Assembly (NCBI GenBank): GCA_963741255.1
Contig: CAVUHM010000012.1
Location: 6,957 to 70,956 of the forward strand
Source of the DNA: an uncultured Gammaproteobacteria bacterium
Lineage (GTDB): Bacteria; Pseudomonadota; Gammaproteobacteria; Steroidobacterales; Rariloculaceae
Length of the DNA: 64,000 nucleotides
Reading direction: 5' to 3'
Part shown: positions 30,387-39,082 of the stretch, in pieces
How positions within the stretch are numbered: position 1 is the first letter of the stretch
Layout: every line of letters starts with the position of its first letter
The notes under the pieces: model-generated
Told to the model about the DNA's origin: nothing
Database searches by the model: none
What the model saw: only the letters and a program-made list of their open reading frames with translations
Program-made: the position numbers and the translations under genes

Positions 30387-31313
30387 TTAGGTGATGCTGT
30401 CGAAGAACTCTTCCTGACGCCGCCGCTGCGCGGCGTCGGGTAATCGCCCGAGCGCGGCACCGAAGTTGTCGTCCACGTACTGGACGCGCCGCGTGCCGGG
30501 AATCGCACACGTGACGCCCGGGTGCGAAATGATGTACTTCAAGAAGAACTGCGGCCAGCTCGTGGCATCGAACTCGGCAGCCCATTCCGGCAACGGACGA
30601 TCGCCGACCACGTCGATGTGCGACGACTGTCCACCGCCGAACGGCACGTTGATCATGACCGCGATGCCGCGATCGATCGCGGTCGGTAGCAACCGCTCCG
30701 CGGCGAGGCGGTCGCCGAGCGAGTAGTTGAACTGCACGATCTCGACGTCGTTGTTCCGCATGAACGCTTCCATCTGGTCGAACTGGTTGTGCGTCGAGAT
30801 CGAGGCGCCGAGGTATCGAAACTTCCCTTGCCGCTGCCACTCGCGCATCACCGGCAGCTCAGTCTCCGCGTTCACGAGGTTGTGCACGAGCATCGCGTCG
30901 ATCACGTCGGTCTTGAGACGCGTCAACGCGTTCTGCAGGCCGGTCTCGCCCGCACTTGGCCGCGGATGTCGGTCTTCGTCGCGAGGAACAATTGGTCGCG
31001 AATGCCGAGGCTCTGTGCGAGATCGCCGATCACGACTTCCGACGTGCCGTAGATCATCGCCGTGTCCATGACCTTGCCGCCGACCTCGACGAACCGCGCC
31101 ATCGTGTCGCGCAACGGTGCGCGCTCTTCCTCGCCCGTGCCGACGCCATAGCGATTCGTGCCGATGCCGATCGGCGGTAGCTTCTCGCCGCTCTTCGGAA
31201 TCGTTTTCTGAATCAGCTCGCGTGATTGCGCGAAGCCCAGCGCCCGTGCCGAAGACTGTTGCCGCACCGAGCACCGCTCCGGCCTCGAGTGCCTGTCGTC
31301 GCGTAATCGTCAT
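30387..31313 (-). pseudogene. Aldo/keto reductase with TAT signal (2 frame changes)
   Basis: The TAT N-terminus is MTITRRQALEAGAVLGAATVF. The middle part lies in ORF 30923..31267 (IGIGTNRYGVG...) and the C-terminal part in ORF 30387..31313 (DVIDAMLVHNL...). It is a paralogue of 23812..24732. Confidence 0.75.
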
Positions 31314-31574
31314 CTGCCGAAATCTCCCGATCGTGGTCCGATGCTTCGGAGCCTACGGGGCACCGCTTCGAGGTGGCAACTTCGCTAGCTCAAGATTCTT
31401 GGGTTTTCGCCAAGACTTGCGCCGCGCCACCACGGCTTGGTGAAACGGCGCAACACGCATCGCGCACACCTGCGCCGCGTAGGCAGGAAATCCGCGCGTC
31501 GCAGAGCGGCGGCCACCTTGGCACGCAAGCTGCAACGTGGGGGCGTTCTTAGGGCGACGGGAGGGTTTTCGATC

Positions 31575-31907
31575 ATGACTACTGCGGAGACGAGCGCACA
31601 AGCGGACCGGACGCTAGTGTTCTTGGCGTACGTGCTGCACCTCGTCGGCGCGATCGCCGGCGTCACCAGCATCGTCGGCCTGATCTTGAACTACGCGCAG
31701 CGCGGTCACACGGATGACATCATCGATAGCCATCACCGCTGGATGATCGCGTCGTTCTGGTGGGGCCTGCTGTGGATCGTGATCGGCCTGATCACGATCG
31801 TGCTCGTGATCGGTTGGGTGATCCTGTTCCTCGCGTGGCTCTGGTACATCTATCGCCACGTGCGCGGCTTGATCGCGTTGGTCAACGGCGAGCCGCTACC
31901 GGCCTAA
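31575..31907 (+). CDS. Small integral membrane protein (DUF4870/COG3671-like)
   Basis: ATG 31575 is preceded by GGGAGGG. The 110-aa product has 3 hydrophobic helices. Confidence 0.6.
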   Translation: MTTAETSAQADRTLVFLAYVLHLVGAIAGVTSIVGLILNYAQRGHTDDIIDSHHRWMIASFWWGLLWIVIGLITIVLVIGWVILFLAWLWYIYRHVRGLIALVNGEPLPA

Positions 31908-31914
31908 CGTAACA

Positions 31915-31986
31915 GGTGCCGGTGTTGCGGTTCGGTCGAACCGAAGTGCCGGTGTTTCGGTTCAACCGAACCGTAACACCGGCACC
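31915..31986. repeat. REP-like nested palindrome, copy e (long form)
   Basis: The sequence is GGTGCCGGTGTTGCGGTTCGGTCGAACCGAAGTGCCGGTGTTTCGGTTCAACCGAACCGTAACACCGGCACC. It lies between convergent gene ends. Confidence 0.85.
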
Positions 31987-31993
31987 ATCTGGA

Positions 31994-32506
31994 TCAGCAG
32001 CGCTCGGGAGTCGGGGGCGGAGCGATCGTCGCCGGATCCCAGTGCTCGTCGGCCTTGCCGTTCACGAAGCGCCAGGTGTCGAACCACGTCGTGCTATAGC
32101 ACTTACCCGGATTGCGCGGGTCCTTGTAGCTGCGCGGCCAGAGCACCGTCACGAGGTCGTCCTCGGCCGTCACGGCCACGATCTCGGTCGTGAGCTTGTC
32201 GCAACTCGCAATGCGGGGCTGTTTCATGACCTGCGTAAAGAAGACCACGACGCCCTCTCGCCCCGAGGCGGCATTCGGGTTGTGCTGGTGGTACGCATCC
32301 GTGAGCCATTCGCCGGAGCGATCCCACTGACCGCACTGCAACAGCTCGCGCATGATGTGCAGCGTCGCCTGCTTGTTGCGATGCAGCACGGGATCGGTGT
32401 CGGTGAACAGCGATTCGTCGGGCTTGCCGACGACGGGCTCTTGCGCGATCGATCCGCCGAGCGGTAGCGCAGCACCCAAGGCCAAAAGTGTCATACGAAG
32501 CTTCAT
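31994..32506 (-). CDS. Exported SnoaL/NTF2-like protein
   Basis: 170-aa ORF with a signal peptide. It is a close paralogue of 36785..37273, sharing HIMRELLQCGQWDR / HFMRELLQCNHWER and W....VNGKADEHW / W....VDGKLDEHW. Confidence 0.7.
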   Translation of the reverse strand: MKLRMTLLALGAALPLGGSIAQEPVVGKPDESLFTDTDPVLHRNKQATLHIMRELLQCGQWDRSGEWLTDAYHQHNPNAASGREGVVVFFTQVMKQPRIASCDKLTTEIVAVTAEDDLVTVLWPRSYKDPRNPGKCYSTTWFDTWRFVNGKADEHWDPATIAPPPTPERC

Positions 32507-32587
32507 ACGGGAGTCCCCTCGTTGTTATCGGAGAAAGTGGAATGATCGGCCGTTGCTGACTCGCGAGTCAATTATCCTGCGGACGCC

Positions 32588-33131
32588 TCAGGGGGCCGAG
32601 AAATCGAACTGCACGTCCTCGGGAATCGAGAAGTCGTAGCCCTTCGTGAAGCCGATCCAGCGGCCGAGGAAAATCACGGTGATCCACAGCAACAGCGACA
32701 AGGCGCCGGCTAAGCGCGCGGCGCTCGGCGGCTTCACGCCTTTGTCCCAGGCCGGAGCGGTCTTCGCCGTGACGAGCTCGAACACGAGCATGTTGATGCC
32801 GGCCAGCACGATCACGCCCATCTTCAGCCAGAACGCCGTGTTGCGGTAATACGTGACCGCATTGACGATCAACAGCAGCACGCCCGTGATCACGGAGGCG
32901 CCGAAGGCGATCCACGTCCAGCGCAACAGATCGTGGTGCAGCTTGCGTGAACGAGCGCTGCACGTTCGGCCAACCCAGCAACCGCAGGTCGACCAGCGCG
33001 ATCGTGCCGAATACGGTCGCGATCGCCATCACGTGGATCGCTTCGACGATCGGCATGGCCTTCAAGGACAGTCGCAAGTACTCGCTCACTGACGAGTTCT
33101 GCATCGCCTCGAAGATCGCGCTCAGATCCAT
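32588..33131 (-). pseudogene. Polytopic membrane protein, module partner B (one frameshift near 32930)
   Basis: The N-terminus comes from ORF 32568..33131 (MDLSAIFEAMQNSSVSEYL...LVDLRLLG). The C-terminus comes from ORF 32588..32926 (...LLGRWIGFTKGYDFSIP). It is a homologue of 55654..56184. Confidence 0.7.
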
Positions 33132-33159
33132 CTTTTTCCTTTATTCGGACCGCGCTCGG

Positions 33160-33666
33160 CTAGCCGAGATGCCACGAGCCCCACACTTCGACGTCGTACG
33201 CGATCGCGCGCCCCAGAAAGATGATGAACAACCACATGCACACGGTGCCGACCGCGAATGCGCGTGCGCGCGACGAGTACACCTCACCGCCCGCGACCGC
33301 GGCGGCACGCATGCGGCGGGTGAAAGTCAACGAGATCACGACGCCGACCACGATCAGGCTCATCTTGATCCAGAACGACAGCGCACGCGTCTCGCGAACC
33401 GGCTCAGCGATCGCGAGCACGATGCCCGTCACGAGCATCACGACGAGCGCGGACCAGAACCACGGCCGGAATCGATCGTGAATCTCGGCGAGCGAGTCAT
33501 CCGCGCACACGCGGCCGAGCACGCGCAGCGCGAGCACGAGCACGATCGTGAACACCACGCCGATCATCAGGATGTGGATCGACTGCAGCAGCGGCGTCAG
33601 CCACAAGGTGGACTGAATCGCCACGCTGAATGGCGTTGTGCCGAGCCACTCCGCGAACTCGAACAC
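33160..33666 (-). CDS. Polytopic membrane protein, module partner A
   Basis: This is the tail of ORF 33160..33807 from GTG 33666 (MFEFAEWLGTTPFSVAIQSTLW...EPVRE...GRAIAYDVEVWG). It is a homologue of 55157..55657. Confidence 0.7.
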   Translation of the reverse strand: MFEFAEWLGTTPFSVAIQSTLWLTPLLQSIHILMIGVVFTIVLVLALRVLGRVCADDSLAEIHDRFRPWFWSALVVMLVTGIVLAIAEPVRETRALSFWIKMSLIVVGVVISLTFTRRMRAAAVAGGEVYSSRARAFAVGTVCMWLFIIFLGRAIAYDVEVWGSWHLG

Positions 33667-33686
33667 GGCGTGTTCCCGGTTAGAGG

Positions 33687-34187
33687 CTAGTTCGAGCCAG
33701 CGGGCCTTTGCTGCTGAGCAGGGTCGATGAAGCCGGCGCCGATCGCCACGTTGCCTTCGACGGTGTCGCAGTGCTTGCCGGCAGCCGGCGGCGTCTTCAC
33801 CGGGCACTTGTACAACGCGCCTTCGCGGGCGCCCGCGGGCTCACCACTGCGCAACGGGTGCAGCGAGACCGTGAAGATCGTTCCAGCCGGGAACGCGCTG
33901 ACCGAGATGCCGGCCTGAGCGGACGCGGCCGAGCCGGCCATTTCGACGGCCCACACGATCGGCTTGCCGTCAGCGCCGCGCTCGACGTTCTTGCGCTCTT
34001 CGTTCATCGGCGCAAAGAAGATCTGCAGGTGATTCGCGTCCGGATTCACGCGCGTCACGACACCCGTGAAGGTCTTCGTCTGCGACGCGTCGAAAATGGA
34101 GAACGAGTGGTGCGCGTAAACGGGCACGGCGGCAGCCGCCGTGAGCGTAGCGGCTGCGAGGCCGCCGAGGATGCGCTTGTTGGTCAT
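33687..34187 (-). CDS. DUF6152-like exported protein (predicted mature N-terminus HHSF)
   Basis: 166-aa ORF. The signal peptide ends ...AVPVYA followed by HHSFSIFD. It is a homologue of the N-terminal part of 50525..51541. Confidence 0.7.
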   Translation of the reverse strand: MTNKRILGGLAAATLTAAAAVPVYAHHSFSIFDASQTKTFTGVVTRVNPDANHLQIFFAPMNEERKNVERGADGKPIVWAVEMAGSAASAQAGISVSAFPAGTIFTVSLHPLRSGEPAGAREGALYKCPVKTPPAAGKHCDTVEGNVAIGAGFIDPAQQQRPAGSN

Positions 34188-34224
34188 CGAGAGACTCCTT
34201 TGTCTCTAATTATCCGGAATTCTA

Positions 34225-35655
34225 CTAGGTGTAGCTTAATCGAAGCTGAAGATGTCTTCTGCCTTCGGGTTTCTCCATCCCCTGCTCGAAGTACTTCTCC
34301 CATAGATGGGCCCAGGGCCGGCCATACATATCGGGAACTTCGTATTGAATCTCCGCGCCCGGTGAGATCGGCGTCGAGTGGCCTTCGACCGGGAAAATCG
34401 TCTGGACACAGTCGATGAAGACGTAGGGGTCGCCTTCTTCGTATCCGCTGGTCTTGACGTAGTTGCGAACGATTCGCACGGGCTCCACGAGCGCCTCGGG
34501 ATCGTAAAAGATCGCCTCGTGGTTCAGCCCCATGAACTTGCCGGACGGGTCGCGGTTCGGCGTGTAGATCTCGATCGTCTGCATCTTGTTCGAATACTCG
34601 AACGAGCTATGCACCTTCCAACCCTGGATGTTCGACGTCCACGTGATCATCGTGTCGCCGTCCCAGAAACCGATCGTCTCGCCGTACCAACGCGGCACGT
34701 CCTGACCGAGCCGCGGCGCCGAGCCGTCCATCTTGAACTCGCGACCGACGTGGATCGTGGTGATGAAATTCCGCGCGACGCCCGTGACGATCTGAACGAC
34801 CGACGGCGCCGCGATCACGTGCCATTCCCAGGTCGCGAACTCGTGCCAGCGGCGCATGAAGCCCTCGGGCCAGCAGTACTGCGACGGCCACTGCGGCGCA
34901 TTCGTGTTGCCGGCGTGGTACGCCTCCTGGACCATTCGCGTCTGATACTCGGGCGTCAACAGCGACAGCAGCGTCGTCATCTGGTTGTGCCGCGAGCGAT
35001 ACCAGTACGACTGCGGCGTGCTGTCTTTGTCCTTGCCGGTCCAATCCGCGAGCGAGTCGGGCGTGTTGCCGGGATGCATGTAGCGGCCGGTCCATTCGCC
35101 GAGCTGCTCCGCGCTCGGCGTCTTCGCGCCGCGCGACTTCGTCTCGGCCAGCAATGCCGCGTAGTGCTCTTGCGCGGTCTTGAACGGATACGGGCTCACG
35201 ATCGCTTCGCGCGGATAGTCGCGGTCGCAATGACCCCAGGCCGCCGACGTCGGCCCGTTGTCGCCGATCGTGGCCGTGGTGTTCGCGCCCCACTGCTCCT
35301 CGATGCCGGCCGGGCTGTTGCAGCGGAAGTAACGTGGATCGGTCCAGAGCTCGCGGTCTTGGTAGAAGTCCTTCGAGGTGAACATGTCGACGGGCAGCGG
35401 CTCGATGCCTTTCGGCTTCGCGCCGTGGTGGGCCGCGCCGATGAACTGGTCCCAGCTGCCGCGCGACACGGCGCCATTCGCGAAGCTGATCGGGATCGCC
35501 GGACCCGTGATCTCGTAGTCGCGCAGATCGGCGGCGAGCGGCCACGCGCGGCCGACGCTCTTGAAGCCAGGCTCCGCGACCTGCTGGGCAGCGATGGAGC
35601 CTGCCACGAGCGTCGCAGCCGCGAGCGCGACCCAGTGCCGAACGCGAAACCTCAT
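34225..35655 (-). CDS. Exported conserved hypothetical protein (476 aa)
   Basis: Intact ORF with a signal peptide. Its C-terminal third shares the pattern IVQ...G.S.G.W.GD.LVVET with 775..1897 and 50525..51541. Confidence 0.7.
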   Translation of the reverse strand: MRFRVRHWVALAAATLVAGSIAAQQVAEPGFKSVGRAWPLAADLRDYEITGPAIPISFANGAVSRGSWDQFIGAAHHGAKPKGIEPLPVDMFTSKDFYQDRELWTDPRYFRCNSPAGIEEQWGANTTATIGDNGPTSAAWGHCDRDYPREAIVSPYPFKTAQEHYAALLAETKSRGAKTPSAEQLGEWTGRYMHPGNTPDSLADWTGKDKDSTPQSYWYRSRHNQMTTLLSLLTPEYQTRMVQEAYHAGNTNAPQWPSQYCWPEGFMRRWHEFATWEWHVIAAPSVVQIVTGVARNFITTIHVGREFKMDGSAPRLGQDVPRWYGETIGFWDGDTMITWTSNIQGWKVHSSFEYSNKMQTIEIYTPNRDPSGKFMGLNHEAIFYDPEALVEPVRIVRNYVKTSGYEEGDPYVFIDCVQTIFPVEGHSTPISPGAEIQYEVPDMYGRPWAHLWEKYFEQGMEKPEGRRHLQLRLSYT

Positions 35656-35805
35656 GATTCCCCCAAAACCGACTGGCGAGTCAGTTTAGTTTGAAAGCCC
35701 CACGGCACGCGAGTTGGTTCGACTTAAGAATCCCTTGCGGTATTCCGAAGCGTGCCGCGGGTTCTGTAAAGTATCGTGGCTTCTCGAAAAACCGGAAACC
35801 CCATC

Positions 35806-36753
35806 ATGCACAACCTCTTGCAAGCCTCGTTTTTGCGCCGGGCCGCCCGGACTATGTTCGCAGTGGCGGGCGCGCTGGTGCTGGCACTGCCTGCCATCTC
35901 CGCGCGCGCCCAAAGCGCCGAGGAAAGGATCGTCGTTTCCGGCGCCTCGGGTAACTTGGGCGGGCTCACGGTCGAGGCCCTATTGGCGCGCGGCGTTCCG
36001 GCCAGCCGCTTGATTCTCGTGAGCCGCACGCCGGACGAGCTGAAGCAGTATGCGGACCGCGGCGCGAGCGTGCGCTTCGGCGATTTCACCAAACCCGAGT
36101 CGTTGCCCACCGCGTATGCCGGCGGCAGCCGGATGCTGCTGATCAGTGTCGGCGGCAGCGGCGAGGTCACTGCGGCTGCGTTGCTGACGCGCGCGATCGA
36201 CGCGGCCAAGGCGGCCGGCGTCAAGCACATCGCCTACACGTCGTACGTCGGTCTCACGCGCGGGGATACGGCCGGCCGCGCCGCCGATCATCAGGCGACC
36301 GAGGACGCGCTGAAAGCGAGCGGCGTGGCTTGGACGATGCTCCGGAACTCGATCTACATGCACGGCCAAATCGCTCAGGCCGCGCGCTGGGTCGCGGACG
36401 GCCGCGCGGTGATCCCGCCGAACGAGAGCCCGATCGGTTACATCTCGCGCGAGGACTGCGCGCTCGCGGCCGCGGCCGTGCTCAGCACGCCGGGCCACGA
36501 AGGTAAGGCTTACGACATCACGGGGCCCGAGCTGATCGGCGTGCGCGACGCCGCCGCGATCGCGTCCGCGGTGACGGGCAAGCCGATCGAGGTCGTGCAG
36601 GGTGGCGCCGACGCGCGGCCCGGTTTCGGCCGGCCCGCGATGGCGTTCACGACGGATCATTTCGAGCAGGTCACGGGCCGCAAACCGACGAGCTTGAAGC
36701 AGCTGTTCGAGGCGAACAAAGCCGCTTTGCTGACGCCGCCCGCGCCGCGCTAG
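35806..36753 (+). CDS. NmrA/SDR-like NAD(P)-binding protein, exported
   Basis: ORF 35776..36753. ATG 35806 gives a signal peptide, and the GASGNLG Rossmann motif is present. The start choice is tentative. Confidence 0.75.
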   Translation: MHNLLQASFLRRAARTMFAVAGALVLALPAISARAQSAEERIVVSGASGNLGGLTVEALLARGVPASRLILVSRTPDELKQYADRGASVRFGDFTKPESLPTAYAGGSRMLLISVGGSGEVTAAALLTRAIDAAKAAGVKHIAYTSYVGLTRGDTAGRAADHQATEDALKASGVAWTMLRNSIYMHGQIAQAARWVADGRAVIPPNESPIGYISREDCALAAAAVLSTPGHEGKAYDITGPELIGVRDAAAIASAVTGKPIEVVQGGADARPGFGRPAMAFTTDHFEQVTGRKPTSLKQLFEANKAALLTPPAPR

Positions 36754-36784
36754 TTCTCGCGCAACGCGACCGACACGAGCACGC

Positions 36785-37273
36785 TCAGGGCGCCGCGATC
36801 GTCGCGGGCGCCCAGTGCTCGTCGAGCTTGCCGTCGACGACGCGCCACAGATAGAACCACGTGCTCGTGTATTTCTCGCCCGCTCGCACCGGATGGTCGT
36901 ACTCGCGTTGCAGCACGACCGTGACGAGATCACCGTCGGCGAGCACGGCCACGAGCGGCGTCGTGAGCTTGCCGCAAACTTCCGTGCGCGGGCGCGTGCG
37001 CGTGAAGAACGCGATGATGCCGTCGCGGCCGGAGCGACCGTTCGGGTTGTGCTGGATGTAGCGCTCGCTCAACCACTCGGGCGCGCGTTCCCAGTGGTTG
37101 CATTGCAAGAGCTCGCGCATGAAGTGCAGCGCGAGCTGCTTGTTCGCGCGCAGCGCCGGATCCTCGTCGGCGAACAACGCCTCGGGATCCGCGACCGCCG
37201 CGACGGGCTCCTGCGCGAGCCCCGGCAAAGCAAACACTGCAGCGAGCACGAACCAGACACCGCAACGCTTCAT
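36785..37273 (-). CDS. Exported SnoaL/NTF2-like protein
   Basis: 162-aa ORF and a paralogue of 31994..32506. Confidence 0.7.
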   Translation of the reverse strand: MKRCGVWFVLAAVFALPGLAQEPVAAVADPEALFADEDPALRANKQLALHFMRELLQCNHWERAPEWLSERYIQHNPNGRSGRDGIIAFFTRTRPRTEVCGKLTTPLVAVLADGDLVTVVLQREYDHPVRAGEKYTSTWFYLWRVVDGKLDEHWAPATIAAP

Positions 37274-37277
37274 CGCC

Positions 37278-38760
37278 CTACTCCGCTGACAGCCGTTCGA
37301 TCAGGGCCGCCGTCTCGGGGTTCCCTTCCGCGAGCGCGACGTCGCGCGGCGTCGCGCCGTCCTTGCTCGTTTGTTTCGAGTCGAGCGGCGCGCCTTGGTC
37401 GTGCAAGTACTCGATGACTTCGTTCCAGCCTTGAAACGCCGCGCCGTGCGCGGGCGTGAGGCCGGCCACGCGCGCGCGCTGGAAACCGATCGAAAGCTCG
37501 GTCGTGCGGCCGTCGATGCTTGCACCGGCGGCAACCAGCAGCTTCATCGTCGCGACGGCGTCCGCGCCGGTCTTGTAGCGGCCGATGGTCGGGAACTCGC
37601 GGAACACCCCGTACCAGTGCCCCACTCCCGCCGCCGCCATGAACGGCGTGATGCCGAACACGTTCGCGGCATTGACGTTCGCGCCGTGCTCGAGCAAGAG
37701 CGTCACGGCCTCGTCGTCGCTGGCCTTCGCGGCCACGTGCAGCGCCGTCGCGCCAGGGCTCACGACGAGCACGTCGGGGCTGCCGTCCGTGAAGCCGCGG
37801 TCGCCGGGATCGTTCCGCAGCAGCGGCTGGTGCTTCAAGCGCATGTTCACGTTCGCGCCCCGCTCGATCAGTTGCCGCGCGACGTCGAGCCCCGTGTTCG
37901 AGTCGAGCGATGGCAGATCGCCGCGCCGGCTGTCCGGAATCCGGTTCAGCTCGATCGCGAGGTACAGCGGGCTCCTGCCCCACCAGTCCCACTGGTTCAC
38001 GTCGGCACCGTGCTCGATCAACGTTGCGGCCGTGTCGAACTGGCGGTTGTACAGCGCGAGCACGAGCGGCGTCATGCCGAACGGATCGGACAAGATCGAC
38101 GTCGGCACCGCCCGCGACGAGCGGCTCGACGCACGCGGCGCAGCCCTCGCGCGCGGCGTACAGCAGCGGCGTGAAGCCGCCGGTCTGCATGATCTTGATG
38201 CGCGGCTCGGCCGTCACGCGCCGCTCCCAGTCGTGCGTCGAGCCCGCGCGCGTCGACCTCGGCGCCGTGCGCGATCAGCAAGCGAATCATCGCGGGATGT
38301 TTCTGCGCCGCGGCCCACATCAGCGCGGTCTGGCCGCCGAAAGTCTCGCGCGCGTTCACGTTCGCGCCGCGCTCGAGCAGCAGCTTCGCGGTGTCGACGC
38401 GGCCCGTTCGCGCGACGACCATCAGCGCGGTCTGGCCTTCCGGGTTCGGCGACTCGACGTCGGCGCCGGCCTCGAGCAGCGCCTTCACGATCGCGGGGTC
38501 CGCCTCGACCGCCGCGGCCGCGAGCGCCGTCACGCCGTAGTCGTTGACGGCGTTCGTATCGGCCCCGCGCGCAATCAGCGCTTGCGACGAGCTCGACGTC
38601 GCCGCTGATGCGCCGCCCAAATCAACGCGGTCGCGCCATCCGCCCCGCGCGCATCGACCTCCGCGCCCTGCTCGATCAGCGCGATCGCCGCGTCGCGCTT
38701 CCCGAGCTCGACGAGCTCCGGCAGTGATTCCGCACCAAGAGCCGCTGCGCTGAGCATCAT
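37278..38760 (-). pseudogene. Ankyrin repeat protein (at least 3 frame changes)
   Basis: Ankyrin units (G.TPL..A......V..LL..GA.VN) are spread over minus ORFs 38575..39102 (tail), 38072..39061, 37270..38217 and 37278..38108. The start ATGATG at 38755-38760 is tentative. Confidence 0.7.
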
Positions 38761-38776
38761 CGCGAGTGCGGCGAGC

Positions 38777-38879
38777 GCACCGCGAATACTGCTCCCGAGA
38801 CACGCCGGAAGACCGTCCCTGGGGCTCGTGTGCGCACATCCCTGTGCGCACACGGTCTCGGGAGCAGTATTCGCGATGC
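38777..38879. repeat. Bulged long hairpin element, copy 1
   Basis: The outer arms are 38781-38801 and 38855-38875 (21 bp, perfect). A 25-nt bulge spans 38802-38826. The inner 12-bp stem is 38827-38838 / 38843-38854 with loop TCCC. Confidence 0.8.
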
Positions 38880-38952
38880 ACTCGCCGCCCGAGCCGGAGG
38901 TGGAACCTACCGCCCGAGCGGCGGAGAATCGCTGCGGGTGATGGCGGTGGCT

Positions 38953-39055
38953 GCATCTCGAGGGCCCTTCGCGAGACCGTCGGCGCACAGGGATGTGCGC
39001 CGACGAGCCCCAGGGATGGTCTTCCGGCGTGTCTCGCGAAGGGCCCTCGAGGTGC
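38953..39055. repeat. Bulged long hairpin element, copy 2 (inverted relative to copy 1)
   Basis: The outer arms are 38957-38977 and 39031-39051 (21 bp, perfect, plus 4 more pairs including one T-G). The inner stem is 38978-38989 / 38994-39005. The 25-nt bulge at 39006-39030 is the reverse complement of the copy 1 bulge (24/25). Confidence 0.8.
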
Positions 39056-39082
39056 GGCCACCGCCCGCGATGCACGGCCAAA

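Noticed and set aside
8860-31986. CRISPR array formed by the GTGCCGGTGTT... repeats
   Set aside because: The copies are dispersed over 23 kb, singly or as one internal doublet. They are palindromic, have no regular spacers, and no cas genes are present.
38777-39055. Integron attC sites or a small invertible promoter (inverton) as an explanation for the two hairpins
   Set aside because: The ends carry no RYYYAAC/GTTRRRY core sites, no integrase or invertase gene is nearby, and the segments enclosed by each 21-bp repeat are only 53 nt. I kept the locus as an unexplained structured element instead.
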